Positions 7,710 to 17,067 of a stretch of 57,967 nt of DNA are shown here, in pieces. Position numbers and translations under genes: made by a program. The first letter of the stretch is position 1, and every line of letters begins with the position of its first letter. This DNA comes from Anaerolinea sp. (GTDB lineage Bacteria; Chloroflexota; Anaerolineae; SpSt-313). The notes beneath the pieces are model-generated. The model was not told the DNA's origin. It ran no database searches and saw only the letters and a program-made list of their open reading frames with translations. The stretch spans positions 1 to 57,967 of the forward strand of contig DYEI01000123.1 in NCBI GenBank assembly GCA_020725765.1, read 5' to 3'.

Positions 7710-7752
7710 TCACCCCTCCCCCAGGCAGGCGCCTGGCGCCTGCCTGGGGGAG
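7710..7752. repeat. REP-like palindrome, family A, second copy
   Basis: TCACCCCTCCCCCAGGCAGGCGCCTGGCGCCTGCCTGGGGGAG, near-identical to 11-53. Confidence 0.85.
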
Positions 7753-7822
7753 CGGAGCCCAAAACATCCTGCAACGAGTAAAGCGGGTCCTCAACCTTAC
7801 ATAACACCCGACAACGCTCTGG

Positions 7823-7852
7823 TTGCCAACCACCACCCGCCCATAGTATAAT
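7823..7852 (+). promoter_or_regulatory. Candidate promoter for tal-glk
   Basis: TTGCCA (7823-7828), 18-bp spacer, TATAAT (7847-7852). Confidence 0.5.
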
Positions 7853-7894
7853 CCCGCTCGCCAGCCTGAAGACCGCGCCTGAGGAGGAAGACTC

Positions 7895-9049
7895 ATGTCC
7901 GACAATCCTTTGCTGCAGCTCCGAGAGAAGGGCCAGAGCGTCTGGCTGGACAACATTGACCGCAGGATGCTGACCAGTGGGGAGCTCCAGCGCCTTGTTG
8001 AGAGCGGCGAGGTTCAGGGCGTCACCTCGAACCCCACCATCTTCCAGAAGGCTATCAGCACCTGCGCCGAGTATGATGCCCCCATCCGCGAGTTCGCTGC
8101 AGCCGGAGCGGATGCCTACACCATATGGGAGAACCTCAGCATTGCGGATATCCGCGCCGCAGCCGGCATCCTCGAGCCAGTGTACGAGGCCACTGAGGGG
8201 CGCGATGGCTACGTCTCCATCGAGGTCGCCCCTTCGCTGGCCCATGACGTCGACGGAACCATCACCGAGGCCACGCGTCTGTTCACCACCATCGCACGGC
8301 CCAACGTGATGATCAAGGTGCCGGCGACCCAGGAAGGTGTGAGGGCCACCGCCGAGCTGATTGGAGAGGGCGTCAACGTCAACGCCACACTCATCTTCTC
8401 CCCGGACAACTATGAGCAGATCGCCCGGGCCTACATCGCCGGCCTTGAGCGCCTTGCGGAGCGCGGCACCCCCGTGGACAGCGTCGCCTCGGTAGCCAGC
8501 ATCTTTGTGAGCCGCATCGACACGGCAGTCGACCGTGAGCTCGAGGCGCGCCTGAGCGAGGCCACCGACGTCCGCACCCAGAACCTGCTCCGTCGCCTCC
8601 TCGGACAGGCCGCGATTGCCAACTGCAAGGTGGCCTACCAGCGCTTTCGGCAGGTCTTCTCCGATGCCCGCTTTGCCAGGCTGCAGAGGCAGGGTGCCCG
8701 TGTGCAGCGGCCTCTCTGGGCGAGCACGAGCACCAAGAACCCGGCCTACCGCGACGTGGTCTATGTGGAGGAGTTGATCGGCCCTGACACCGTCAACACC
8801 ATGCCGCCCGGTACCCTCGCGGCCTTTCGCGATCACGGTCGCGTGCGGCTGACCCTGGAGGAGAACGTCGACTACGCCTGCCGCGTTCTCGAGGAGCTTG
8901 CGGCCCTGGGAATCGACATGGACCACATCTACGCCGAGCTGCAGGCGGACGGCGTCAAGGCCTTTGCCGACTCGCTCGAGGCCCTGCTGGGCTGCATCCG
9001 CGAGCGGGTGAAGGCTCTCTCGGTGCCCGAGGGCGAGAAGGGCGCATAG
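7895..9049 (+). CDS. tal: Transaldolase
   Basis: 384 aa. The N-terminus NPLLQLREKGQSVWLDNIDR and the IKVPAT (active-site Lys) region are typical of long-form transaldolases. GAGGAGG RBS. Confidence 0.88.
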   Translation: MSDNPLLQLREKGQSVWLDNIDRRMLTSGELQRLVESGEVQGVTSNPTIFQKAISTCAEYDAPIREFAAAGADAYTIWENLSIADIRAAAGILEPVYEATEGRDGYVSIEVAPSLAHDVDGTITEATRLFTTIARPNVMIKVPATQEGVRATAELIGEGVNVNATLIFSPDNYEQIARAYIAGLERLAERGTPVDSVASVASIFVSRIDTAVDRELEARLSEATDVRTQNLLRRLLGQAAIANCKVAYQRFRQVFSDARFARLQRQGARVQRPLWASTSTKNPAYRDVVYVEELIGPDTVNTMPPGTLAAFRDHGRVRLTLEENVDYACRVLEELAALGIDMDHIYAELQADGVKAFADSLEALLGCIRERVKALSVPEGEKGA

Positions 9050-9089
9050 CCCCGGGCGGCCGGTCGGCGACAGCGGGAGAAGCAGGCAG

Positions 9090-10067
9090 ATGATCCTGGC
9101 AGGCGACATCGGTGGCACCAAGACGAACCTGGCCCTGGCCGCCATTCGGGAGGGCGTGCCGCACCTGGAGCGCGCGCGAAGCTACCCCAGCCAGAGCTTT
9201 CCGAGCTTGGAGGCCGTGATCGCGGCATATCGCGCCGAGGAGCGGGAGCCGATCGAAGGCGCCTGCTTCGGGGTCGCGGGCCCTGTGCTTGGCGGAGAGG
9301 CGCGAATCACCAACCTGCCCTGGCACATCACCCTCGAGGGGTTGCGCACGGCGCTGGGGATCGACCGCGTCTGCCTCATCAACGACCTGACGGCCCTGGC
9401 CTACTCCGTGCCGGTGCTCGCACGGGAAGACCTGGCGACGCTGCAAGAAGGGGTGCCTGACCTGACCGGCCCTATCGGCATCCTGGCACCTGGCACCGGC
9501 CTTGGACAGGGCTATCTGTGTTGGGATGGAACGCGGTACCGTCCTGGCGCGAGCGAGGGAGGCCACACAGACTTTGCTCCGGCGGACGACGTGCAGATTC
9601 ATTTGCTGCAGTACGTGCGCCGGCGAGTCGGCGGGGGGCACGTGAGCTGGGAGCGCGTGCTCTCTGGGCCGGGCCTGCATACTATCTACTCCTTCCTGCT
9701 GGAAAGTGGCGGGGAGCAGCCCTCGTGGGTCGCCGAGCGGCTGGCTACCAGCGACCCCAGCGCGGCCATCTCCAGTCTGGCCCTGGCGAACGCCGACCCT
9801 CTGTGCAGTCAGGCGCTAGACCTGTTCGTGACGATGATGGGAGCACAGGCCGGGAATCTGGCACTGACCCTCATGGCGACCGGCGGGGTATACCTGGGCG
9901 GGGGGATACCTCCGAGAATCCTGCCCAAGCTGCAGGATGGAACGTTCATCCGAGCCTTCTGCGACAAAGGGCGGCTGACGCCGGTGTTGCGGCGCATCCC
10001 CGTGCGTGTGATCATGAACCAGCACGCGCCGCTGATCGGCGCCGCATCCTGCGCACAGGGGCTGTGA
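9090..10067 (+). CDS. glk: Glucokinase
   Basis: 325 aa with the N-terminal ATP-binding motif ILAGDIGGTKTNLAL. The length and layout match the Glk family. Confidence 0.85.
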   Translation: MILAGDIGGTKTNLALAAIREGVPHLERARSYPSQSFPSLEAVIAAYRAEEREPIEGACFGVAGPVLGGEARITNLPWHITLEGLRTALGIDRVCLINDLTALAYSVPVLAREDLATLQEGVPDLTGPIGILAPGTGLGQGYLCWDGTRYRPGASEGGHTDFAPADDVQIHLLQYVRRRVGGGHVSWERVLSGPGLHTIYSFLLESGGEQPSWVAERLATSDPSAAISSLALANADPLCSQALDLFVTMMGAQAGNLALTLMATGGVYLGGGIPPRILPKLQDGTFIRAFCDKGRLTPVLRRIPVRVIMNQHAPLIGAASCAQGL

Positions 10068-10460
10068 CCGCGCTAACTCGGCCGAGAGGGCGGCGGTCCT
10101 TCTACTTCGCACTAGGCACGTTATGTCGCGACCTTAGGCTGGAGAGGGTCGAGGTGACATAACCGAGGCCTGCAGCGGCAACACATCTGGATGCGCCCCA
10201 CGCGTCTGCAGCTCCTGCGCGGCACCCGGCGCCACTCCGCCGTGATGCGGCCCCGGGGTGTCGTCGCGCGGCTGCGCGTCGCCGAGGCGACGTGTCGGCC
10301 CGATCGCACGCTGCTGGAGCCGCAGAGGCGCGCCTTACACGCCTGTCGCGCTGCAGGCACCTCCTTGGTCCTTGGACGGCTTCGGCGCGCCCGGCTAGCC
10401 ATGGCGAGGCGCGCGCGCCCGTCTCGACAACCCGGCAGACCCCGTGCGGACGCGTGAAAC

Positions 10461-10489
10461 TTGCTGTTGCCCCCTGGGTGTGCTACAAT
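10461..10489 (+). promoter_or_regulatory. Candidate promoter (extended -10) for the S41 protease gene
   Basis: TTGCTG, 17-bp spacer containing TGc, TACAAT (10484-10489). Confidence 0.5.
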
Positions 10490-10565
10490 CACTCCATGTT
10501 CACGGGGCGATTGCATTATGTCGACCCCGTCCCCTGCTCGATGGCTCCTACGAGGAGAGGATTTC

Positions 10566-11789
10566 ATGAGTTGCAACAAGTGGACGCGCACGGCCCTGAT
10601 CCTTCTGCTGGCGCTCGCCATGATGGCTGCGTCGGGAGCGACAGGGTTTGCGGCCGGATGGTACCTCAAGGGTGCCTCCTCCCCCACCCGTGCCAGCGTC
10701 CCGCACGATGTACAGGAGCGCTTTGACATCTTCTGGCAGGTTTGGGGCATCCTCGAGGACGAGTACGATCGCGAGGGTCCCCTCGATACTCAGAAGATGA
10801 TCTATGGAGCCATCGATGGCATGGTGCGGTCGCTCGGCGATCCTGCGACCGCCTTCTCTGAGCCCAGCGAGACCAAGGTTCTTGAGCAGGACCTCCAGGG
10901 CACCTTTTTCGGCATCGGTGCCTCGGTCGACCTCATCGCTGGCAGGCTGGTGATCGTCGAGCCTCTCAAGGACTCCCCTGCGGCGAAGGCGGGGCTGCGC
11001 CCCGGCGATGTGATCCTCGAGGTCGATGGCAGGCCAATGGAAGGGATAGACCTGACCGAGGCGGTCGCCCTCATCCGCGGGCCCGAGGGGACGCAGGTGC
11101 GGCTCCTTATCGGCCGAGAGGGCGAGGCGCAGCCCTTCGAGGTTGTGCTGGTGCGTGCCCGGGTCGAGCTGCCCACGATCAGCTATCGGATGCTCGGTGA
11201 TGGCATCGCCTATGTGCGGCTGTTCGAGTTCAACGGCCAGGCCAGCCTGCGCATGAAGGAAGCATTGCGGGCCCTGCTGGCCGAGAGCCCTCGGGCCCTG
11301 ATACTGGACCTGCGCGGGAATCCCGGCGGGTACCTCCACATCGCGGTCGAGGTTGCGAGCCAGTTCATCCCGAGAGGCCTGATCGTCACGGAGAAGGACC
11401 ACACCGGCAAGGTCACGGAGCACAAGGCGACAGGCGACGGCCTGGCGCTCGACCTGCCGCTTGTCGTCCTGGTCGATGGAGGCTCCGCCAGCGCCGCAGA
11501 GATCGTGGCCGGCGCCGTGCAGGATACGGGGCGTGGCGTGCTGATCGGCAGGCCCACCTTCGGCAAAGGGTCGGTGCAGACGACACACACCTTCCGTGAC
11601 GGCTCATCCCTGAGGGTGACCATCGCCCGCTGGCGCACGCCTAATGGGCGGCAGCTGGACCGTGAGGGCCTGACCCCCGACATCGTCGTACCCTATGACC
11701 CGGACCAGCCCGCGGACGCGGACCCGGTGCTGGAGCGGGCCCTGGAGTACCTCCGGACAGCCGGCCCCACGCGTCAGGCGAGGATGTAG
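10566..11789 (+). CDS. ctpA: S41 family C-terminal processing peptidase
   Basis: The start at ATG 10566 has an AGGAGAGG RBS. The protein has an N-terminal TM segment, a PDZ segment (GDVILEVDG) and a GGSASAAEI serine motif. Confidence 0.88.
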   Translation: MSCNKWTRTALILLLALAMMAASGATGFAAGWYLKGASSPTRASVPHDVQERFDIFWQVWGILEDEYDREGPLDTQKMIYGAIDGMVRSLGDPATAFSEPSETKVLEQDLQGTFFGIGASVDLIAGRLVIVEPLKDSPAAKAGLRPGDVILEVDGRPMEGIDLTEAVALIRGPEGTQVRLLIGREGEAQPFEVVLVRARVELPTISYRMLGDGIAYVRLFEFNGQASLRMKEALRALLAESPRALILDLRGNPGGYLHIAVEVASQFIPRGLIVTEKDHTGKVTEHKATGDGLALDLPLVVLVDGGSASAAEIVAGAVQDTGRGVLIGRPTFGKGSVQTTHTFRDGSSLRVTIARWRTPNGRQLDREGLTPDIVVPYDPDQPADADPVLERALEYLRTAGPTRQARM

Positions 11790-11794
11790 GCGAG

Positions 11795-12256
11795 ATGGCC
11801 GAGAAGACCGTTGCGGTCAACCGCAAGGCGTATCACGACTATATCATCGGACAGCGGTACGAGGCGGGGATCGTTCTCCAGGGCAGTGAGATCAAGTCCA
11901 TCCGCGAGGGCCGCGTGAGCCTGCGCGAGGGCTTTGTGGCCATTCGGGATGGTGAGGCGTGGCTCGTCAATGTGCACATCGCCCCCTACAGCACCGCCGG
12001 GTATGCCCAGCACGACCCGAAGCGGGACCGCAAGCTCCTTCTGCACCACAAAGAGATTCGAGAGCTGAGCGAGGGTGTGCAGGCCAAGGGGTTCACCATC
12101 GTGCCCCTCCGGCTCTACCTTCGCGATAACCGCGCCAAAGTGGAGATCGCCCTCGCCCGCGGAAAAAAGCTCTACGACAAGCGTGCAGCCATCGCTGAGC
12201 GCGAGGCGCGCCGCGCCATGGAGCGTGCTGCACGCCGCCGCGAGGAAGAGTCCTGA
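11795..12256 (+). CDS. smpB: SsrA-binding protein
   Basis: 153 aa. NRKAYHDY...GSEIKS...L..HI.PY...DP.R.RKLLLHK.EI are classic SmpB motifs. Confidence 0.95.
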   Translation: MAEKTVAVNRKAYHDYIIGQRYEAGIVLQGSEIKSIREGRVSLREGFVAIRDGEAWLVNVHIAPYSTAGYAQHDPKRDRKLLLHHKEIRELSEGVQAKGFTIVPLRLYLRDNRAKVEIALARGKKLYDKRAAIAEREARRAMERAARRREEES

Positions 12257-12269
12257 GGCGATCTCGCCC

Positions 12270-12592
12270 TTCCCCGGCCCCGGGTTCAGGGGTGAACAGG
12301 TGGTCCTGTGCGAGGCGAAAGCATCCGCCAAGCTCGCGGACGGACGGGCGAGGATGCGATCTGCCGTTCGATGGCTGCCGGCTCTGCAACTGCGTCGCCA
12401 GACAGGCGCCTGTTCGCCCGTGGGCCCAGCCCCGAAGGGGCTTCGCCTCTTTCAGCCCGGCGCGTGGCGCAGGCATGCGCACCCGCCCGCCGCCCGATTG
12501 GAGGGGCGAGGCGACGCCTCGCCCCTCCAATCGGGCGGCTGCCATCGAAAGAGGGCGCGCCTGTTCGCCCCTGAACCGGCCCCGGCCGGTGT
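12270..12592. repeat. Nested inverted-repeat block, including a perfect 25+1+25 palindrome at 12489-12539
   Basis: The outer arms 12270-12300 and 12559-12592 are reverse-complementary (GGTTCAGGGGTGAACAGG / CCTGTTCGCCCCTGAACC). The middle arms are 12369-12380 and 12537-12548. The central palindrome is GCCGCCCGATTGGAGGGGCGAGGCG A CGCC... Confidence 0.7.
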
Positions 12593-12886
12593 AGCGGCCT
12601 GCCCGTGAGCGGCTCCTCCCCATCCGCGGTCTGCTCCCCTCCCGCTTCTTGTGCGTGCTCGTGGCACAGAACTTGCTCTACTTCTCTGCGGTGCGCAGCG
12701 GGCGCCCATCTCACGATGTAAAGGCCCGCATGGGCCTCGCGCCCGCTGGGCTCCCCCTGGATCGACTCCTGGTCTTTACCCCTTGTACGGCCCATTGACG
12801 CACGTCACCCAAGAGCTCGGGTTCTCTGCGCCGGGCGAGTTGCCCGGTGGCCAGACGACACCAATGACAACAAGGAGGAGATCCCG

Positions 12887-13063
12887 ATGTTGCCGTACGT
12901 TCTTGCCTGGCTCCGCACCCTCAGGCGCGAAGACGGACAGGACCTCGCCGAGTATGCCCTCCTCATCGCGTTGATCGCCATCGTCGTGATCGGTGCGGTG
13001 GGACTGCTCGGCGGCCAGATCAACAACGTCTTCGCCAAGATCACCGCCGAATTGAGCAAGTAA
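12887..13063 (+). CDS. flp: Flp family type IVb pilin
   Basis: 58-aa ORF, below the ORF-track cutoff: MLPYVLAWLRTLRREDG|QDLAEYALLIALIAIVVIGAV... It has the Flp G/xxxxEY processing motif followed by a hydrophobic helix. AAGGAGGAG RBS at 12871-12879. Confidence 0.85.
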   Translation: MLPYVLAWLRTLRREDGQDLAEYALLIALIAIVVIGAVGLLGGQINNVFAKITAELSK

Positions 13064-13215
13064 GCCCTCCGGACCCAATGCCCTGCCGGATTGCCGAGAG
13101 TCGGCTGCGAATCCCAGTGTCGCGGGGGCCGCTGACCGCCGCCAGCAGGCGCTGGCTGGCACCGCCGGTGGTCGCAGGCTGACGGCAGGAAGCCTATCGG
13201 ACAAGGAGGCGTGGG

Positions 13216-13626
13216 ATGCTGCTGCGCAGGCACAAAGGTCAGGCCGCGGCCGAGCTCGCCCTTGTTCTCCCGGTCTTGTTGCTCATCACCCTGGGCTGCC
13301 TGGACCTCGGGCGAGCCTTCTCGATATGGCTCACTCTGGCCAACGGCACACGCGAGGGTGCCCGCTATGGCTGCACCCTGTCCCGCCTGAGCGAGAGCGA
13401 CCGCCGCCGCATCGTCGAGCGGACGGAGGCCGACCTGGTGAGTCAGGGCCTGCGCTGCGAGGACCTCCAGATCGAGGTCAGCACCCCCCTCGGGATGACA
13501 GGCGCAGCGCCGATCCGCGTGAGGGCATCCTACAGCCTCCCTCTCGTGATGTTGTACCTCTTTGGCGGTGAACCCGTGAGGATCAGTGCAGAGAACAAGA
13601 TGGCCATCCTTCCGGGAGGCAGCTGA
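13216..13626 (+). CDS. tadE: TadE-like pseudopilin
   Basis: 136 aa with the N-terminal GQAAAELALVLPVLLLITLG TadE signature. Confidence 0.8.
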   Translation: MLLRRHKGQAAAELALVLPVLLLITLGCLDLGRAFSIWLTLANGTREGARYGCTLSRLSESDRRRIVERTEADLVSQGLRCEDLQIEVSTPLGMTGAAPIRVRASYSLPLVMLYLFGGEPVRISAENKMAILPGGS

Positions 13627-14067
13627 ATGGGAACCGAGGCAGCTTTCGGGAGACGCAGCAATCGCCTCGGGAAGCTTTTCCAGCGGGGCCAGGCCCTCGC
13701 CGAGTTTGCGCTGGCCTCGCTGGTACTGATGGCTCTGGTGCTGGGCATCGTCGACCTGTCCCGTGCCGTCTACGTCCGCAGCATGGTCGCCAGCGCGGCA
13801 CGGGAGGCGGCAAGGGTTGGCTCCGTTGATCCGGGCAACGCCGGGGCCATGCTCCAGGCAGCCCGCGAGCGCATCGTGCTCATTGGCATCGACCCCTCCG
13901 ATCCCGATGCCTACGGCGTGGCCGTTTCGTGGCCGGATGGCGAGCACGTGCAGGTCGACGTCTCCTGCAGGTTCGTGCCCGTTACCCTGATGATCGCGCA
14001 GCTCTTCGACGAGGGCCCGGCAGGGGTGACCCTCCGTGCCCGGTCGATCATGAGGATTGAGCCATGA
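13627..14067 (+). CDS. TadE/TadF-like pseudopilin
   Basis: 146 aa with the motif GQALAEFALASLVLMALVLGIVD. Its start abuts the previous stop. Confidence 0.75.
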   Translation: MGTEAAFGRRSNRLGKLFQRGQALAEFALASLVLMALVLGIVDLSRAVYVRSMVASAAREAARVGSVDPGNAGAMLQAARERIVLIGIDPSDPDAYGVAVSWPDGEHVQVDVSCRFVPVTLMIAQLFDEGPAGVTLRARSIMRIEP

Positions 14068-15020
14068 AGCATCAGCAACTGACGGGATCGCCCGGCGCGG
14101 CCAGCGCTGACAGAGCGATCTTCCAGAGCGGCCAGACCCTCGTGGTTGTCGCCGTCATGCTGGTAGGGCTGATCGGCATGCTGGCCCTGGTCATCGACAT
14201 GGGCAACATCTACTCTCAGCGCCGCTTCATGCAGAACGCTGCCGACGCCGCTGCCCTTGCGGGAGCACGGGCCCTGGCGCTGGAGCAGGACGTTGGCCAG
14301 AGCGTATTCGAGTATGCCGTCACGCACAATGGAGCCGAGGAGTACGAGTACGCCATCGTCGGTCACACCGTGGCCGTTACCGTCCACAAGAGCTTTCCCA
14401 CGTACTTTGCCGGCGTTGTCGGCGTGCCGACGGCGCGGGTCTCGGCGGTCGCCGTCGCCGGCTACAGCCCCGTGCAGCGCATGAAAGATAGCGCCGACCT
14501 CATGCCCGTGACCGTGCGACAGGACATGTGGGCCCCCGGCCAGATTGTGCGCATCTGGGCCGACGACAAAGGCGTAGGCGACCCGCAGCCGGGAGACATC
14601 TGGGACGGCCAGCGTGGCTGGCTCAACTTCGACGGCGGCGCAGTCGCCGACAGTGAGGTCAAGGAGTGGATACGGTACGGCTACCGAGGCCCAGTGTGGG
14701 TCGGCATGTGGATCAACGGCACCCCGGGCGTCCAGGCGGCGTCACTGATCGAGTTCAACACCTGGCGGCTGGGCACGGACGTCGTCGTTCCCATCTTCGA
14801 TGTCGTTGAGCCCGATAACCCCGGCCACAATCTCGGCAGCGGGCAGCTCGACTACCACATCGTCGGGTTCGGAGTGTTTCACGTCACCCACGTCGAGCAC
14901 GCTGGCAACCCCAAGTACGTGGAGGGCTATTTCCTCCGGAGCTACATTCCATCAGGAGGCGGTGGCGGAGACGGGGACGCTCCTTCCTTCGGTCCCTACG
15001 CCATCCGACTCTTGCGCTGA
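14064..15020 (+). CDS. tadG: TadG-like pilus assembly protein
   Basis: 318 aa with an N-terminal TM segment plus the NAADAAALAGA motif typical of TadG. ATGA overlap with the upstream gene. Confidence 0.75.
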   Translation: MKHQQLTGSPGAASADRAIFQSGQTLVVVAVMLVGLIGMLALVIDMGNIYSQRRFMQNAADAAALAGARALALEQDVGQSVFEYAVTHNGAEEYEYAIVGHTVAVTVHKSFPTYFAGVVGVPTARVSAVAVAGYSPVQRMKDSADLMPVTVRQDMWAPGQIVRIWADDKGVGDPQPGDIWDGQRGWLNFDGGAVADSEVKEWIRYGYRGPVWVGMWINGTPGVQAASLIEFNTWRLGTDVVVPIFDVVEPDNPGHNLGSGQLDYHIVGFGVFHVTHVEHAGNPKYVEGYFLRSYIPSGGGGGDGDAPSFGPYAIRLLR

Positions 15021-15042
15021 GCCCAAATCCACGAGCGGAGGT

Positions 15043-15852
15043 GTGACGTTGACCCATCGAAGAGGCTTGCTGTGGTTTGCTTCTGGTCTCGTGCTGGCCG
15101 CGGTCGCCGGCATTCTCACCTATGTCGCCGTGCAGCGCGCTACGGCTCTCCAGAAGGCCTCGCACACGCCAGCGGGCCTTCAGGTGCTCGTCGCGGCCCG
15201 CGACTTGCCGCCCCACACGCTCATCGGGGAAGGCGATCTGGCGCTTCGGGAGGTTCCCGCCACCCTCGCGCTGGAGGGCAGTCTCAGCCATCCGCGGGAG
15301 GCTGTGGGTCAGTTGACCACGGCGACCATCGCTCGCGGTGAGCAGATCCTCCGTGATCGCCTGATCGCCCCCGACTATGTCGGCCCAAGGGCGGCCTTTG
15401 CCATGGATCCGGACAAGGTCATGGTGGCCTTCCCTGCTCAGGACCTTCTGAACACTGCGGGGATTGTCAGACCAGGCGACCGTGTGGACCTGCTTTTCAG
15501 CCTCGATCTCGCCCGCGTCCAGCCAGAGGCTGCGGAAGGCCTCAACACCCTGTGTCTGCTCCAGGACCTTCAGGTAGCTGAGGTCGTGTACGCCGAGTCA
15601 GCCCAGCAGGCGAGCTCGTCATCCTCGCCGCTGCCCTCGGGGCTGGGTGCGACGCAGCGCGGGCGTCCGGAGGCCATCCTCCTGGCCGTTAACCCACAGG
15701 ATGCGCTGGCCATCAAGTTCTTCCGGGATGCCGGGGCGGCCCCCGATCTCGTGCTCCGGAGCCCTGCAGCGGCGGGTCTCTTCGAGCTGGTCCCGGTCGA
15801 TGGCAGCTACGTCCTGCAACACTACTGGACGCGATGGCAGGGTACACCATGA
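15043..15852 (+). CDS. cpaB: Flp pilus assembly protein CpaB/RcpC
   Basis: N-terminal TM segment, then the VLVAARDLPPHTLIGEGDL SAF-like domain. The start is ambiguous: GTG 15043 or TTG 15049, both after GGAGG. Confidence 0.75.
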   Translation: MTLTHRRGLLWFASGLVLAAVAGILTYVAVQRATALQKASHTPAGLQVLVAARDLPPHTLIGEGDLALREVPATLALEGSLSHPREAVGQLTTATIARGEQILRDRLIAPDYVGPRAAFAMDPDKVMVAFPAQDLLNTAGIVRPGDRVDLLFSLDLARVQPEAAEGLNTLCLLQDLQVAEVVYAESAQQASSSSSPLPSGLGATQRGRPEAILLAVNPQDALAIKFFRDAGAAPDLVLRSPAAAGLFELVPVDGSYVLQHYWTRWQGTP

Positions 15853-17066
15853 CGAGCCGCCCTTCGCCAGGTCACGGGAACTCAACCGGCACACTTGGTG
15901 CCTCTCGGCCCCTTCGCAGGCGGCTGCTTGTCGTCGGCGACGAGTGCACCGGCGCCAGCATTCGCAGTGCCCTGGACCCGGCACGCTGGGATATCGAGGT
16001 TGTCCGCACAGGCTGGGAGGGCCTGTCGGCAAGGCGCATGCTGCTGCCGGATGCCATCCTTGCGGACCTGGATCTGCCCGACATGACCGGTGCCGAGTTC
16101 TGCAGGCTTCTGACAAAGAGCGCGGATGCCAGTTCCACTCCGATCATCGTGTTGGGAGAGGACGCCGGTGTGAGCGGGAGAGTGGCCAGCCTCCGGGCTG
16201 GTGCCTTTGACTACCTGGTGAAGCCGCCTGATCCAGCCGAGCTGGCAGCGCGCCTCGAGGCAGCGCTGGACCTCCGCGGCGAGAGCGTTGGCAGGATCAT
16301 CGCCGTATGTGGCAGCAAAGGAGGCGTCGGCGCCAGCACCATCGCCGTCAACTGCGCCGCGTCCCTGTGCTGGCACCGCGGTGTCCAGACCGTACTCGTG
16401 GATGCCGGCGCTCGCACGGCAACAGCGGATGTGCTGCTCAACCTCCAACCGGCACAGGACGGGACGGCACTTGCCGAGAGGCTGGAGGAGCTGGATCCGG
16501 ACGACATCACCTCATTCCTGACCCCCCACGAGAGCGGGCTCGAGGTTCTGCTGCTGCCAGGTGCCCGGGGTCGCCACGATGGACACGGTGGGCTGCGCAG
16601 GATACTGCTCGCGCTCCGCCGGCTGCGACCGTTCGTCGTCGTGGATGCTGCCGGCGGAAGTGTCGAGTGGGCGGCCGTTTCGCTGGAGCTTGCCGACGTC
16701 GTCCTGCTCGTGTTCACCCCCGAGCTTGCGGCCCTTCGAGGCGTGGGCCTGATCCTCGAGCAGGCGAAGGCCGTGGATCTCCTCCCAGACCGTGTTCTCC
16801 TGATCCTGAATCGCTACCCGCTGCCGGGTGGGCTCGATCGTGCTGCCATCGAAAGCGTCCTTGGAGCGAAAGTGGCCCACGCCGTGCCGGACGATGTGCG
16901 GCTCGTCACCTACAGCGCAAACCGGGGCCTCCCGTTCGTCCTGAGCCATGCCCGCAGCCCGGTTGCACGCCACGTTGCGGCCATCTCGGCGGGCCTCGCG
17001 GAGGCTATGCCCCGGCGGAGCCCGGCAGCCCCGCGCGAGCCGGCACTGTACGCGGAGAGGTGTTGA
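15849..17066 (+). CDS. cpaE: CpaE/TadZ-like pilus assembly ATPase with N-terminal receiver domain
   Basis: REC-like N-terminus (LVVGDE...DLDLPDMTG...LVKP) followed by the deviant Walker A CGSKGGVGAST of MinD/ParA type. ATGA overlap with cpaB. Confidence 0.8.
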   Translation: MTSRPSPGHGNSTGTLGASRPLRRRLLVVGDECTGASIRSALDPARWDIEVVRTGWEGLSARRMLLPDAILADLDLPDMTGAEFCRLLTKSADASSTPIIVLGEDAGVSGRVASLRAGAFDYLVKPPDPAELAARLEAALDLRGESVGRIIAVCGSKGGVGASTIAVNCAASLCWHRGVQTVLVDAGARTATADVLLNLQPAQDGTALAERLEELDPDDITSFLTPHESGLEVLLLPGARGRHDGHGGLRRILLALRRLRPFVVVDAAGGSVEWAAVSLELADVVLLVFTPELAALRGVGLILEQAKAVDLLPDRVLLILNRYPLPGGLDRAAIESVLGAKVAHAVPDDVRLVTYSANRGLPFVLSHARSPVARHVAAISAGLAEAMPRRSPAAPREPALYAERC

Positions 17067-17067
17067 C

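Noticed and set aside
12257-12640. I expected tmRNA (ssrA) immediately downstream of smpB.
   Set aside because: There is no GGGG..GA 5' end paired to a tRNA-Ala-like 3' end, no T arm (GGTTCGA..CC) and no tag ORF. The genuine ssrA, with all of these features, is at 20651-21068.
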